Of a DNA stretch of 35,118 bases, positions 1 to 12,907 are shown one piece after another. The position numbers and the translations under genes were made by a program. The notes under the pieces are model-generated. The model was not told where the DNA came from, made no database searches, and was given only the letters and a program-made list of their open reading frames with translations. Origin of the DNA: Octopus bimaculoides (lineage: Eukaryota); contig NC_068983.1 in NCBI RefSeq assembly GCF_001194135.2, positions 26,792,533 to 26,827,650 on the forward strand, written 5' to 3'. Each line of letters starts with the position of its first letter. Positions within the stretch are counted from its first letter, which is position 1.

Positions 1-794
1 ATATATACATATATGTATCTATGTATATATGTATGAATAAGCACGTGTACCGTGTACTTATTTCTTCATAAATATCCACATATGCAAATAGTATTCATAC
101 TACAGGTAAGCACTTCCAACATACATAAATAAACGCATACGTACGTTAAACGAATAATGGATTATATGATATTACTGGCATGAGGTATATACATAAATGT
201 GAAATATTTATCTGCGTAAATTCTTTAAAAAATTGTTTGATGTCTTTCTTCCGTTTTAGATAATAAAAATCATGAAAGGAAAATATTTATAACTCATAAC
301 ATTTATAACGATTACTAGATTTGATCTTCATTTTTAATATTATCTTAGATGTGTTTTAATGGTGTACTACATAATTTACTATATTTGGGTTTGCTAAATA
401 CTTAGTCATATTAGAGAAATATAATATCACATAATGAGTTTAGTTTTATACAAAAATGACCAATTTCCAGAAAATAAATTAAGGGAAAACATATGCGTAT
501 GTTGGTCTCAGTATTGTGAAAAGTTTACTATACGCAGATTCTTTGTAACTTTCATACAATGGATACAGTTCTTCAGCTTCGTCTGATGAAAGTCTTATGG
601 TGCATATGTGTACGTGTGTGAGTGTATGTTTGTATGCGTTTGTGTTTGTGTGCAACGTTTTGCTTATACTTGATGTAATCATATCTTCTTTTCAAAATGC
701 ATTCAATGTCTGCGAAATGCGAAACCCGTAGAGAAATATGTCAAAGTAAATAAGGCAGACGAAAGAAAAACTGCCAAACAATAACACCATTATA

Positions 795-971
795 AATAAT
801 AATAATGATAATAATAATGATAATAATAATAATAACAATAATAATGATGATGATGATGATGATGATGATAACAACGATGATGATGATGATGATAATAATG
901 ATGATAATGATAATAATAATAATGATAATAATGATGATAATAATGATAATAATAATGACGATTATGATGAT
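795..971. repeat. Compound (AAT)n/(GAT)n trinucleotide microsatellite
   Basis: Read directly; explains the poly-Ile/Met/Ser/Leu ORFs at 692-1142. Confidence 0.97.
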
Positions 972-1909
972 TTTCCTATTGGACAACCAACAAATTGCAG
1001 ACAAGGAATATCGCTGTATATAAATGCTAAAAAATAAAAATATATCAAAATAGATTATCCTAGCATTAAAAACTTCAATATAGTCAGCAACTCTAATATA
1101 GAGCATGGAGATGTACCTGCCAGTGATGAGGCAGTTACCCACTTGAAACTGATGAAGACATGCTACATACTCGTACTGCTCGCTCTACTGTTAGTATTAT
1201 TGCTAATATAACTGCCACTAATGTTACTACCATTTTAAATATAATAAATGAAACGCTGCTGTTGCTTCTGATGATGATAGCATAAAAAAAGAATAAGTAA
1301 AATATAAGAAGATTACGAAAATAACCATGAAAAAGATGAGGAAGCGAAGGAAAGAAATAAAGAGAAGAGTGATTACGTTAGTATATTTCTTGTATTAAGA
1401 AAAATATCCGCAAGAGGAAGCCAGCGAAAATCTTCGTATCCGTACGACAAAAAAATATTTAAAAGTAACATTTTAAAATTTGATAAATATAAATCAAATA
1501 ATATCACAATTTTAATCTAGTCACAACCAGATATGGATACGTTTGCAAGGTAGGTTATATTGCCAACATATTTCGTTTCTAATTTTAGTATTAAAATTTG
1601 AAATTTGGATTGTATTAGAATGTTGACCTCTTAGGTACTGTTTCCTGACCGGGTAAAATGGGGTAAGCTTTGTTTTAGCCACCATTTCTATGTAGTTCCT
1701 CGGATTGAGGCAGGAAGTTCCTTTCGAAAATAGATCTGCCTGGACACATACTCTGGACCGAAGAAGCCTTTTGTCCTCAGGGGAAAACTTCAGCGACCGT
1801 CTTTCTCGTGCTGCCACCTGGAAAGCTAGAGGCTTCCAGTATCATCCACGATTACTTCCGTCACCAGCTGCTCATCGCCGAGGAAAATGGGAGAAAAAAA
1901 TAGACTTTC

Positions 1910-4560
1910 AGTTCCTTGGTGGCTTGAAATTCCTATCTCACATCGACTTCGACGAAGATCTCCTTTAGGTGCCCCTGAGCTGAAACAGTACGATGTGGAC
2001 ACAACGGGACTTAGCAAGACGCGCTTCTCAGAGAAAGGCTGTCTTAGGGAAAAGGGAGAGATATGCACATTCCACAGGAATGATGTCTCTGATGGCATCG
2101 ATAGAACTCATAGAGTGGCCTTAGTTGTACAAATAAGATGGCAGAACTTTCTGTGGGAGTACATGAATGTCTCATCACGCTGCTGCTTGCTCTCATCATA
2201 AGCTAATACGCCATCATCTTACATCCTCTGAGCAAGTAGAGGATGTAATGTTCATAGATCACGTCCTCTGAAGGATACCCAAGTCTGATACGATCAAATT
2301 TATTAGGCTATTTCAATGCCTGATTAGATTACAGTCATCTCATCCGGCTCGGCGTTATTGGTTAGCGTGGCGTTGAAAACATGAATGTCAATAGCCTTCG
2401 TCTTCTATCTTTCTGTTCTTAACATAGACTAGTCATTACCAACAAGGTTTTCAAGCTCGCAACTATCCACAAAGTCCCCTGAACGCTTCCTCAATCCCAA
2501 CCTCAGCACCTTCTTGACTATGTGGTTGTTAGGCAAAGGGGTCATAAGGATGTCTTAATCATTCATCCTATGAGTGTTTCCGAATATTGTACCGATCATC
2601 GAATGTTCAGATCTCACCTTCATATGACTATCCGAAATTCGCAGCATTTTCTTCGTTTTGACATTGCTGCCCTCTCCAATCCTAAGAAGGTCACTTAACT
2701 CCAATGTGGCATACAGGGATAGTTCTCGCATATAACAAATCCCCCGGCTACTGTATAAAAACCAAGAGGAAATCAACAGCCCCTGGCACTCAGCCATTGT
2801 TATTCTAGATAATGCGAATGCAACACTTGTGTTTTAAGTATGCATTGCAATCCCGAATGCTTTGATGAGTCGTTCAAGATCACGCAACTTCTCCTGTCCG
2901 AGAATAAACGTTCTATGATACTATCCTCGCCAACCCAGGCTCTACAGCCGTGTGCCAGAAATGGAAGAGTACACACGTCTCCGCACACCGTTTCATCAAA
3001 AATGCTGAAAATTATTGGTGGCTTCCAAATGTGGAAGAAACTCAGATTTTTACAGTTGAAAGCAAACCCTCTGAATTCTAAGTTTCGGTTCAGAGAATCG
3101 TCGGTCCATACAGAAAGGCTACTGCTCCGAGAAAAACCTTTCGATAACAGGATTTCACACAGGGGCCGAATATTTTTAAAAACTTTGGAATTGTATCAAC
3201 CCCACCGACGGTACAATACTTGAAGTGATTCCAACTCTTCCTATCCTGTGAAAGCTTGACAACGGCTAGCATTTGATGAGCTCCTACGGGTGATCTGCGG
3301 TTACAAAACCAAGTCTCCCGACGATGGTGGGATTCCAGGTAGTATCTACAAGTTTGGCGGGCGTCACCACCTATCGCATCTTACATATTTCTTTCTACTT
3401 TATTGGCAGGGAAAGACTAAACCTAGCTGATGGCTGCACTCCAATATTGTCACGATCTAGGAGTGTGATAACCCCTGTAGATGTGCAAGAGCAGCGGTGG
3501 AATCTCTCTTCTGGATGACAGCGGCAAGATCACTCGTATTCTCTTCCGTTGTCTTGAAGTTCATGTTTGAACATGGTTATGCTTGAGTACCAATATGAAT
3601 TTCGACCAGGAAGAGACACTGCTGACACGATATGTGTAACCTGCATTCTCCTTGAGAAATGTTGTGAACGGTAGAGAAATAAATGTTATTCATTCATCGA
3701 TCTAAGAAAGGCATTTAACACGGTCAGCCGTTCTCTGACGTGCACCTTTTTCTCGATCGTCCAAAAGTTCTATTGCAGTATGCAAGCGAGAAGTATAGCC
3801 GGCGGTGAAACCTCAGAGCAGTTTGATGTCCAAATAGGAGTGACACAGGAAAGTGTCGTTGCCCCTGTGAAGTTTAACGTTTACCTAATAGCTGTAACCC
3901 TTCTTTCTAAGAGACAGCTTACCAGAGAATAAAGGAATTCGTATCAAGTATCTCTATGATGTCAGCGTCTTTAACACTAACAACCTGTGATTCACTTCAA
4001 AATACTTCTCAACCTCGGTGTATGAGATTCAGTATAGTAACTTTCTGCTGCACCTCCTCAAACACCAATTCTCTTCAACACATGAGAGACTGAATGAGAA
4101 GTGTCAGTTCTCCGTTCGGCTTTGAAATAAATCATGAAAAAGCTGAAGTTCTCCAATCAGCCCATCCGTACCGACCTACCTATCCAGGCTCTACACAGTT
4201 GAAGCCTGCAAACTTCGTTATCTTTTCCACTGAGTTGTCCATGTAATATGAATGCCAGTTAATCGGATCAAAAAGATGCTCTATTTCAGAGAGATCGAAA
4301 AGGAAACAGACCTCATGCACATCCAAAATTTCATTTTCATGATCATCTCAAGCAATCTCTTATTATCTGCGATGTGTCTTCCAATCGGTTGGAGGCCCAG
4401 GCTGTTAATCGGAAGGAATGGCATTTAATCTTTGATGCTGGAGTAGAACACTTGAAACCGAACACAGGAGACTACATAAAGAGAGGAGACGCCGTCATCC
4501 ACCACATGTGGCAGCTGTTTGGGGTCATTTTCTTTACCATCTGTGCCACAGTATCTTTCT
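1910..4560 (+). mobile_element. Degenerate RTE-clade LINE (APE endonuclease + reverse transcriptase), with many stops, frameshifts and an internal deletion after the RT core
   Basis: Manual translation. Endonuclease: LVA*N (about 1915), ELKQYDVDTTGLSKTRFSEKG, LLGYFNA, and GVIG*RGVENMNVNSLRLLSFCS*HRLVITN...HLLDYVVVRQ...TDHR (2351-2602). RT: KSPDDGGIP (about 3310), GISLL..GKI, YQYEFRPGR, FIDLRKAFNTV (about 3695), GVTQESVVAP (3837), FGFEIN.EK (4115). C-terminus: PKFHFHDHLK...RLEAQAVNRKEW, then a decayed CGxC-like motif. The YADD motif appears destroyed near 4033. Confidence 0.93.
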
Positions 4561-6392
4561 ATCTCGTATCTGTCTTTTCAGCCTTGTTCACCCAATTAAG
4601 TGATTATGTGGTGGGTGGGGGGAGAATGTACTGGATCGTCATTTCATTTTATGGGCCGTCATACGCAACTAAATTAGCAAAGTTTTTATTAAATACCATT
4701 AATTTCTTTAAATCACTTTTAATTCATAAATAATTTAACCAAATGGAAATCTGTGAAATTTTCTCTTTAGTTAAATTACAGAATGTCCTACAGCTTCAAT
4801 AATAAATGAATCCTTAAATTTTGCATCCCATCAATCTCAGGATGGATCGCTTAAATTCTACCTCTAAGCTTCGAAAAACATTGTCGTTGAATCACGCAAC
4901 ATCGTATGTCAATATATGGATATTAAATGCGAATCTGATTTCGTGCATATATTTTTTTATAACACCTACTATGTTTTTACATTTATTATCAATGCCCGAT
5001 TATCTATATACATGAGCTCCGTCACCTGAAGATATTATATTTCACATGATTAATTCTATACTTTTTTTTTACTTTTGATGTGTACGAAACGGTAAGAATG
5101 TGATGCAAGTTGAATTTTAAGAAAGATGAATCTCAACTCCTGGAGCGTCAATTTTACCTGCTAGAAGCCGTTGGTATCTCCATGTTTTCTGTGTTCACAG
5201 CAAAAATAATTATATATGAAATATGTAGATGTGTATCCGAGTGTTATTCATCACTACTAGAACTACCGTAGCATTAATTAATATATTATTATTATTCTTG
5301 GTCCCTGTCACTACATATCAAATATGATTATGATGGGAAGTGAGTCTGTTTTAAATCATACTTTAACTACGAATGCACTATCCTATGTATCATCATTAAG
5401 AATGCAATGTGCCTATCTTAAGACGATAATGTGTGAACCTACAACATGAGTGTTTCCTGTGTATCTTTCAATATAAATACATATATATATATATATTCTT
5501 AGTTTAAATTTTTTGCGTCTCTGGTGGTCATTATAAAGAAGATCCATAAGGGTGTTATAATTTCCTTTCATATATCTATGACTACATTGTGCGATGTGAG
5601 AGAGATGGGGTTGCTATTTTTGGAATACTAAACAATGACAAAAATGTCTTCTGTCATTGTAACATCTATAATACCGACATTAATATACTATACTTTATTT
5701 GTACATTTTTAATAAATAAGGCTTATTTTAACAACAAAGCGCTGAACTAAGGTCCTTCTACGATCTATGAGAGTAATTTATCGAAATATACAAATTCCTA
5801 TTATCTTTTATTCTAAGAGCACGTAACCGGGTAGAATTAGTCACGAAGAAAAGATAAGACATGTATATTTAAATGCTCGGGGACAGCGCTGTCAAATATT
5901 AGCCCCCACCCAACACACAGATGGTTTAATCCGTCACCATTTCAAATTTACAAGTGGGAAATTATTAATTTTTAATATAAATGTGTGAGACAAAATATTT
6001 TGTTTGCATGGTTCAGAGAATGACCCTAATTAACGCCGTGATTAAAATTTATTTTGATTCGATAAATCACTGCAACGTAAGGAAACGTTTGCGATCTTAA
6101 CCAACGAAAACAAGGTCATTAATCCATATACTTTGTTTATTTGAACCAGATCAAAGGACTTTCTTTTAATCTTTTCTTTAAAAGCTACCTACCTGTTCGC
6201 CCGAAATTATACTATTGATATAAATGATATTTAGAAGATTTGCAGGGGAATCAGTACAAATTTTTTCAAGCTTTGCTTTAGACTACCGGATAAAGAAAGT
6301 TTTTAAATGAATATCCTTTTTTGGTCCTCTACATCTAGTTTGTTCTTCAATCATGCGCACAAAGCCAAACGAATTTGACGTTCCTCATCTAG

Positions 6393-6558
6393 GTTATTGA
6401 TCCTCCAGGTAACTGCATTTACTGCTTCAACGTTATTTGAACTACCTTGGTGATATTTGAACATATTTAAAAAGAATACTGAATTTGAAGATTCAAGACT
6501 TATGTGGAAGGAATGTAGTAAACTGAGATGTTATACATTTTTCTTACCACAGCTGAAA
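6393..6558 (+). repeat. Copy 1 of a local direct repeat whose core is a 144-nt GT...AG segment (6409-6552)
   Basis: Aligns without gaps to 7102-7267; 17 mismatches in the 144-nt core by hand count. Confidence 0.95.
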
Positions 6559-7101
6559 CGGGCATTTCCGTGAGGCTAGAACGTGCTTTTTGAAGATGCA
6601 AATTTAGTCAGTGAGGTCCATTGTGCATGAAGACAACGTACATAAATATTATCTGTTACTGAGGGTTCAAAAGTCGGATAAGTGAAGTCCATAACCATGG
6701 AGAGCATAAATTATATATACATCGTCCATTATCAGAAACATAAGCGTCTTGAAATTCGTGCTGGGTAAGCACCTGAGCGATCGCAAGTGCAGATATTTAT
6801 TGTAACATAATCGATACCATAAGCACAATCAGTACCAATAACATAAGGACAAGCCAAAGCATACCGCGTTTCTTCTTCACTAGCAAAATATTTAGATGAC
6901 GCATCTCTTCAATTGCACATCACGATTAACTGTGAAGATGTGCACAGTTCTATTACATATTTCTGCTTGGATTATAAATGAAACATTTTCTGGAAAACCT
7001 TAAGTCCGTTATGCAACACACTTTTTGAATGTTTTCATCAGGATACTTCTAATATGGCAAGCATAAAAGGCTACTGAAAATCCATCATGCGTCGTGACTA
7101 T

Positions 7102-7267
7102 GTTATTATTCCTCCGGGTAACTGCATTTACTGCTTCAAAGTTATTTGAATGACCTTGATGATATTTGAACATATTTATATAGAATGCTGCATTTGAAAA
7201 TTCAAGACTTATGAGGAAGGAATGTACTACACTAAGATGTTTTACCTTTTGTTTACCACAGCTGAAA
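7102..7267 (+). repeat. Copy 2 of the direct repeat (core 7118-7261)
   Basis: Same alignment as copy 1, offset 709 nt. Confidence 0.95.
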
Positions 7268-9724
7268 AAATGTAGGAAAAATGTAGGAAATCAAACCGAA
7301 ATCTATTTTAAATTATGTGGGAAATGCTTCTGTTTATAATTTAATCACGGATAACTGTGCAGGTCCTTAAAAATAAAATTGCATCTGACACACAAATCTG
7401 TCCAGATTGAGAAATGTAACAAACTTATGTGTATTTATCTCAACCAACACTATAAGAATGAAGTATTTAAATTATAGTGACTCTAAAGACCATTTTTACC
7501 GTTGTTGTTTCCCTCTGTAATAAAAAAAAACTAGGAAAGCGAAAGGGATTTTGTTTATTAGAGGTTCTGCATAACATTTACACGTAAAATTTTTAAAAAC
7601 TCAAACTCCTTGTTTCTGCTTCACTAAAACACATATTTATAGCTATTGCATAACAAATATTTGCTGTGGCCTGTACATAAAACTGCTCATTTAGATGACT
7701 GCTTCGATTTCTAACAGTGTACATATAATTATTTGCTAAAAGTAAGAAACCAATATATTTCATAAAGTTCTAAGTCAGTGATTATACTGGCAAACGTTTA
7801 TATCACTCGCAAAAGGGTATGCTTTGTATTTAATGCAGCATGAACTTCTGGCAAGCCATTTAGCAAGAATGGTGAAACTTAGTCGATTGAAATCAATATC
7901 TGTGAAGTATGAAAGACAATATTTGTGAAGTGATGGCCAAAGAAACTTTAGCATTTAGATTGCTACTTGAAACATTAGTCTCATAAATATATATAATTTA
8001 TGAGTTGAACAACTGGTATGATACAGTTAATGATGATGATGTAGAATTTTTAAATGAATACAATTTATAAACCTCCTCTAAAAACACTTCTATAGAAAAT
8101 AAAATAAAAGAAAATATATACACATATAATAGGATTATCCAAATTTTGTTCTCTGCAATTCTCAAACTCAATAATTTCTTCGTATATATTTATGCTTTGT
8201 ATTTTATTTGGTATGTATATTTTCCTCTAAATTGTAAACTGCTCGTGTTTTGACAGTATACTAGTAGTTGTAATTTATAAAATCAATACCATATATAGCA
8301 AATATGTTCTCATATATACTATTGGTTGTGTATTTTAGTCAAATCTGAAAATTTACATTTTATTTTTTAGTTAGTTAAATTATCATTCAAAATATGCCAT
8401 AGGTTATTTATGAGTCAAAAAAATATATTCATCTGCAATTGATATGCTGAGCTTTGAACCGAATTCTGTACAAGGAGATAAATGCTTTTGCGTAAACAAA
8501 ATATTGCCGCTATGTTTCTCGGTGCAGTAAGTTTCAAACAGAGAACCTAGCGAGGTCTGGTTGATATTTTAGCCTGTCTTCTTGCAAATTACAAATCAGA
8601 AATGGTTTTTAAAAATTGTTTTATTATTATTTAATAAAATTAAAGAAATTCATATTTTAGCCTCTAAATCTAGTAGTATGAAAGCAATCATATCTAGTTT
8701 TCCGTTTCCTCACATTTGACTGACCCTCATACACAAATGATATCACACAATTATAATTTCGCTCCTGTTTAAATCTAGTGCCTTGTACCCATATAAAATC
8801 AATATCCGACCAGAAATTACGTAAAATAAATCAATATCTGCTTATAAAATAAATCACTATTTTATCACAGTCGACCTAAAAATCAATATCTTATACCTGT
8901 TTATAAAATAAAATAATCAATATTTAGTCATTGACTGGAAAGAGCTGCAGCACAATCAGTATGCTCTAACTTGAGACCATGTATGGGTTTCGAATCAGAA
9001 AGAAGCTAATTCAGGTAATTTGAACAGTTGATGCAAAATAAAATGCGAAGATAGGCACTTTGCAACAAGGGTATGAAAATGTAAATATTAGAAAAAGAAG
9101 GCAGTATTTTCAGAAAATATTTAACACTTTATAATAAAAATTATCATTATTAGTTATCATGTATGAAGTAATTTGTTTGGAAGTTAATGAGCCAAATGTG
9201 GTATTGAAATTGTGATAGGTTAATTGGAATATTTACTTTAACGGTGGTTTACTATGAGCTCCCAAGTACAGAGTAGCGCTTTCACCTTTCATCGCTACTT
9301 GTGTCTCTTTGAAGTTATTTACAAAATGGATGCTGAAATTTATTTAAAAGCATTACCTTTAAATTACATTCGTGATCAATATAATTTTTCTAAAACAGGA
9401 GGTGTATATTCATCCAGCTAACGTTGTGAGATTGCAAGAACGTCAGAGAGGTGGAGTAAATGCTTTGTAGCACGCAGTTGTTTTTTTATTTATTTTTTTT
9501 TATTTATACCTGGTTATCCGTAATCTTGTCTTTGGAGTATTTTAATTAAAGGACGAAATTATTCACCATTTGAAAAGTGTTACTGATAATTCCATCTGAC
9601 CAGCGGAAGCCTTATTGTGCCCGCGTTGATTTACATTCTGAGTTCCACTCTAGATCTCAGTTGACTTTTTACTTTCACGTCCCTTTCAAAAACGTGTTGA
9701 ATGAATGAAACAATGATCAATCTA

Positions 9725-9938
9725 CCATTTCTAATCTAGGCACAAGACCCGAAGTTTTGGAGGAGGTGTCTAGTCAATCACATCGACCCCGGTACGCAAC
9801 TGGTATTTAATTTATCGACCCCGAAAAGATGAAAGGCAAAGTCGACCTCGGCCGAATTTTAACTCTGAACGTAAAGACAGACGAAATACCACTAAGTATT
9901 TTGCCCGACGTGCTAACGTTTCTGCTAGATCGCCGCTT
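9725..9938 (-). mobile_element. tRNA-derived SINE, near full length
   Basis: Reverse complement matches the copies at 15407 and 12691 (GGCGAxCTxGxAGAAACGTTAGCAC head, B-box-like GAGTTxAAATTC, GGGGTCGATAAATTAAxTACxAGTTGCGTAC body). Confidence 0.9.
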
Positions 9939-12302
9939 TTCAAGTACTATATTCCAAAATACAAATTTATATCATCGGGTTAGATATCAGTTAAGTACAT
10001 CAATTATGTACTTTGTGTACTTCAGCATCGTCAGTGAATGGGTTACCTGGCTTGCATTTGATACACCGGTATATGAAACATTAAGCTTTCGAATACACAG
10101 AAGTTTGGCATCTTTTATTTCCGTTGAACCTGTGGGTTTAGCACTTCCTTAAATGAAGGATATACAGGATATATGATGAAACCAGTTCATTTAGAAAGAT
10201 TTACTGTTCACCTTCAGGCACATATTAAAATGTGCTGTAGTATATTACAAAATATATAGAAATTCTCAAGTCGGACAACTGGAAACTGCAGGGTCTCAAG
10301 TAATTGCAATAGCCGCGGTATTCCCAATACCTACTATGCTGGTAAGAATTATGTCATTAATGCTTCTCTTAAACCCCTGAAAATCACCAGTCGATACGAT
10401 GCACAAGCAAGAAAAGAATTTTGAAGCATCGATGTTCTGAGACGTAAAGCCTGGATAGAACATTGATAATAAGAAAAGGGAAACGAATGAATTTGATATA
10501 ACTGAGTGGAATAACATCACTTCCACATGCACTGGGTGGGATAGTGGAAACCTATAAGTACATTACAAAGCGTAGTAGAAGAGGGGGAAACGCGTCTGGA
10601 TGCCAGAAGTTAAGGTAAATGCTGTTTTTGTTTCCTGGGAATTTCGTTTCAGTTTCATTATTCTTTTCTACGTATGCTTTCGTTTCTACACTGGGTATTG
10701 TGTGGTTTGCACCCTTAAATATACTTCTGTCTCTGAAAGGCATATATAGCAAAAAAGTTGATATTAAATATTTATTCAAAAGGGGGAATAAAGAACAAAT
10801 GTGAAGAATTATATAATAATTAAACTGTTAATTGGTAGTATGTTATAATTAATTTTTAGAATGGATTTCAAGACGTTTTTTTTTAGTTTACTGTTACATA
10901 GAATGGTAGATTACAACGAAAGGTTTCCCAAGCAAACAAAAGGTGGCGTATACATATGGCATTTTATCTTCCATGTTCCTATCACTGAAATGTTAATCGT
11001 GACTTTCATAATTTTTTTTGCTCAATAGGAGTGATAATCAAATGCTTGAACTAATTCAGTCGGTTAAAACTTTCCCCAAACTTGTATTGCGCCTAAGCTG
11101 AAAGTGATGACGTTCTTGGATCATACTTATATGAAACGGGCGTTGTAAAAAGCAGCAACTAAATCTTACAACACACCAACTGACATTGAGGTCACAACAC
11201 TTCATAACTTTCAGCATGTGTGTGTGCTCGAGCGTGTGTATGTTTGTGTGCGTGTGTGTGTATTTATGTACAAAGAATTTATGATAAAATAGTTGGTGTG
11301 TTTTTTTTTTATTAATATGTGGAGCCTATATAGTTTTACATGAGAGCAAACATTAAATATATTTGTTGCATGTGTATTCTTGTTTTAACATTTAAGAAAG
11401 ATCAAATGATAACATCTTTTGTTTTTATTTAAACTCTAGATGCAGCGAAGCTCATATTTTGTAGTGAAAATTATAAGGGTGTTTTAGCATTTTTCATCGG
11501 GTGATTAATATTTCTTATATGGTACTTATTTCCCTGTTCACATTAAATAAAATTTAAAATGTTATCTCACTACAACTTAAACTGATTGTGATATTTATTA
11601 TCATATATTGTATTATATCTGATCTTGTTCCTATTATTTCCCAATAAATGGATAGCACTATCTTACTCTAAATATTCCTCTGGATTTCCATTGAAATTTA
11701 ATGTTTGTTAAAAATGCTATTGTCTAAAGTTTGTTCAGTTGTTTTTCCCTCATAACATGATTGATGAATTGAAGAATTTCAAATACTTCATTTAAAAAAT
11801 CATTTATCTACACGACGTTCTCATGAAGCTAATTATAATCTCTCCTATTATTAGAAATTCTGTAGTGTGAACGTTCATTAGTAAAGCTAGGCCTATGATC
11901 AATGTCGCTTGATAAAAGGGTTAGACAGCCATGTGTATGAAAGTGTTTGTATAATCTTTTCAGGAAATACTGCAATCGACAGAGAATAGAACACAAATAA
12001 AGAAACAATAATAAATTGTTCCTATAAAATCGCACACGGTAATCATATTTCCCAATGAATGTTTAGAGAAAATGGTACAAAGGGAAATGTGTAGTCGTTA
12101 TATTTGTCCTCCTCAAAGCAAACGTGACTGAGCATTCAGCTGCCCAAATGAAATCTTACAATGAATATCACGTTGTGTTATCTATAAGTACTTTATAGAT
12201 TCTGTGCGGGTAGTTTAAGATTTAAGAGTAAATCAGGATAAACCTCATTTTTCCGGTTCGAAATATGCAATATGAACAATGTTGTTAGAAACTGTAATGT
12301 TA

Positions 12303-12512
12303 CGAAGGGGCGCTGAAATGTTCCCTGCTTTAAGGGTATCGCGAAAGGCCTAAATAGGGATTCAAATTTCCACATTCTTTTACAGAGCTTAGAAAAACTG
12401 AAGAACCGCTGCGAAAACTGTGAACATATTCCCATGTTGAATAAAATCATAATTAACTGATACCTCTTTAATTTCTTTTACCCAAAGCCAGGAATCTTTC
12501 AGCACGCCGTCG
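12303..12512. mobile_element. Mariner-derived MITE, 210 bp
   Basis: Imperfect 29-bp TIRs (cgaaggggcgctgaaatgttccctgcttt; right-end reverse complement cgacggcgtgctgaaagattcctggcttt; 22/29). TA on both flanks. The interior reads LEKLKNRCENC, resembling a mariner transposase C-terminus. Confidence 0.85.
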
Positions 12513-12690
12513 TATAATGAACCTATATTTTAAGAAATTCTTCTAGTCTCAGTTCTTTTAACATCAAATATTTAAGAAATCCTCAGTACAAATGAGAAAA
12601 TAAAACGTACTTCTATTATATGATTGATACAAACGATAAATGACCGCGTGATACCCCCTTGCGTTTAAGGAACATATAACTAGCCACGCT

Positions 12691-12907
12691 GAAGGTAACC
12701 GGCAAGCTGTATCATTTCACGCCGGGTAAAATGCTTAGCGGCATTTCGTCCGTCATTATGTTCTGAGTTGAAGCTCCACCAAGGTCTACGTTGCCTTTCA
12801 TCATTTCGAAATCAATAAAATATATACCAGCTGAGAATTGGGATCAATATAACCGACCAACTTCTTCCCCCGAAATCCCTGGCCTTGTGCCAAATTTTGA
12901 AACCAAT
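12691..12907 (+). mobile_element. tRNA-derived SINE, older diverged copy
   Basis: Similar to the 15407 copy (acgccgggtaaaatgcttagcggcatttcgtc...gttctgagttgaa...ggccttgtgcc). Confidence 0.85.

Noticed and set aside
692-1142. ORFs of 60-133 aa rich in I/M/S/L
   Set aside because: Translations of an AAT/GAT microsatellite.
1521-1549. 29-nt candidate exon (ctag|...AAG|GTAGGT); also 6736-6764 and 16580-16599
   Set aside because: Such short AG/GT-bounded segments are expected by chance in 35 kb of AT-rich DNA, with no recognisable peptide. The last one uses a donor inside a SINE-like remnant.
1705-4733. ORF-track proteins in this interval as host genes
   Set aside because: They are pieces, off-frame readings or antisense readings of the RTE element.
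5092-5200. Possible 109-nt intron with good GTAAGA donor and strong acceptor
   Set aside because: Flanks are non-coding AT-rich sequence, with no further support.
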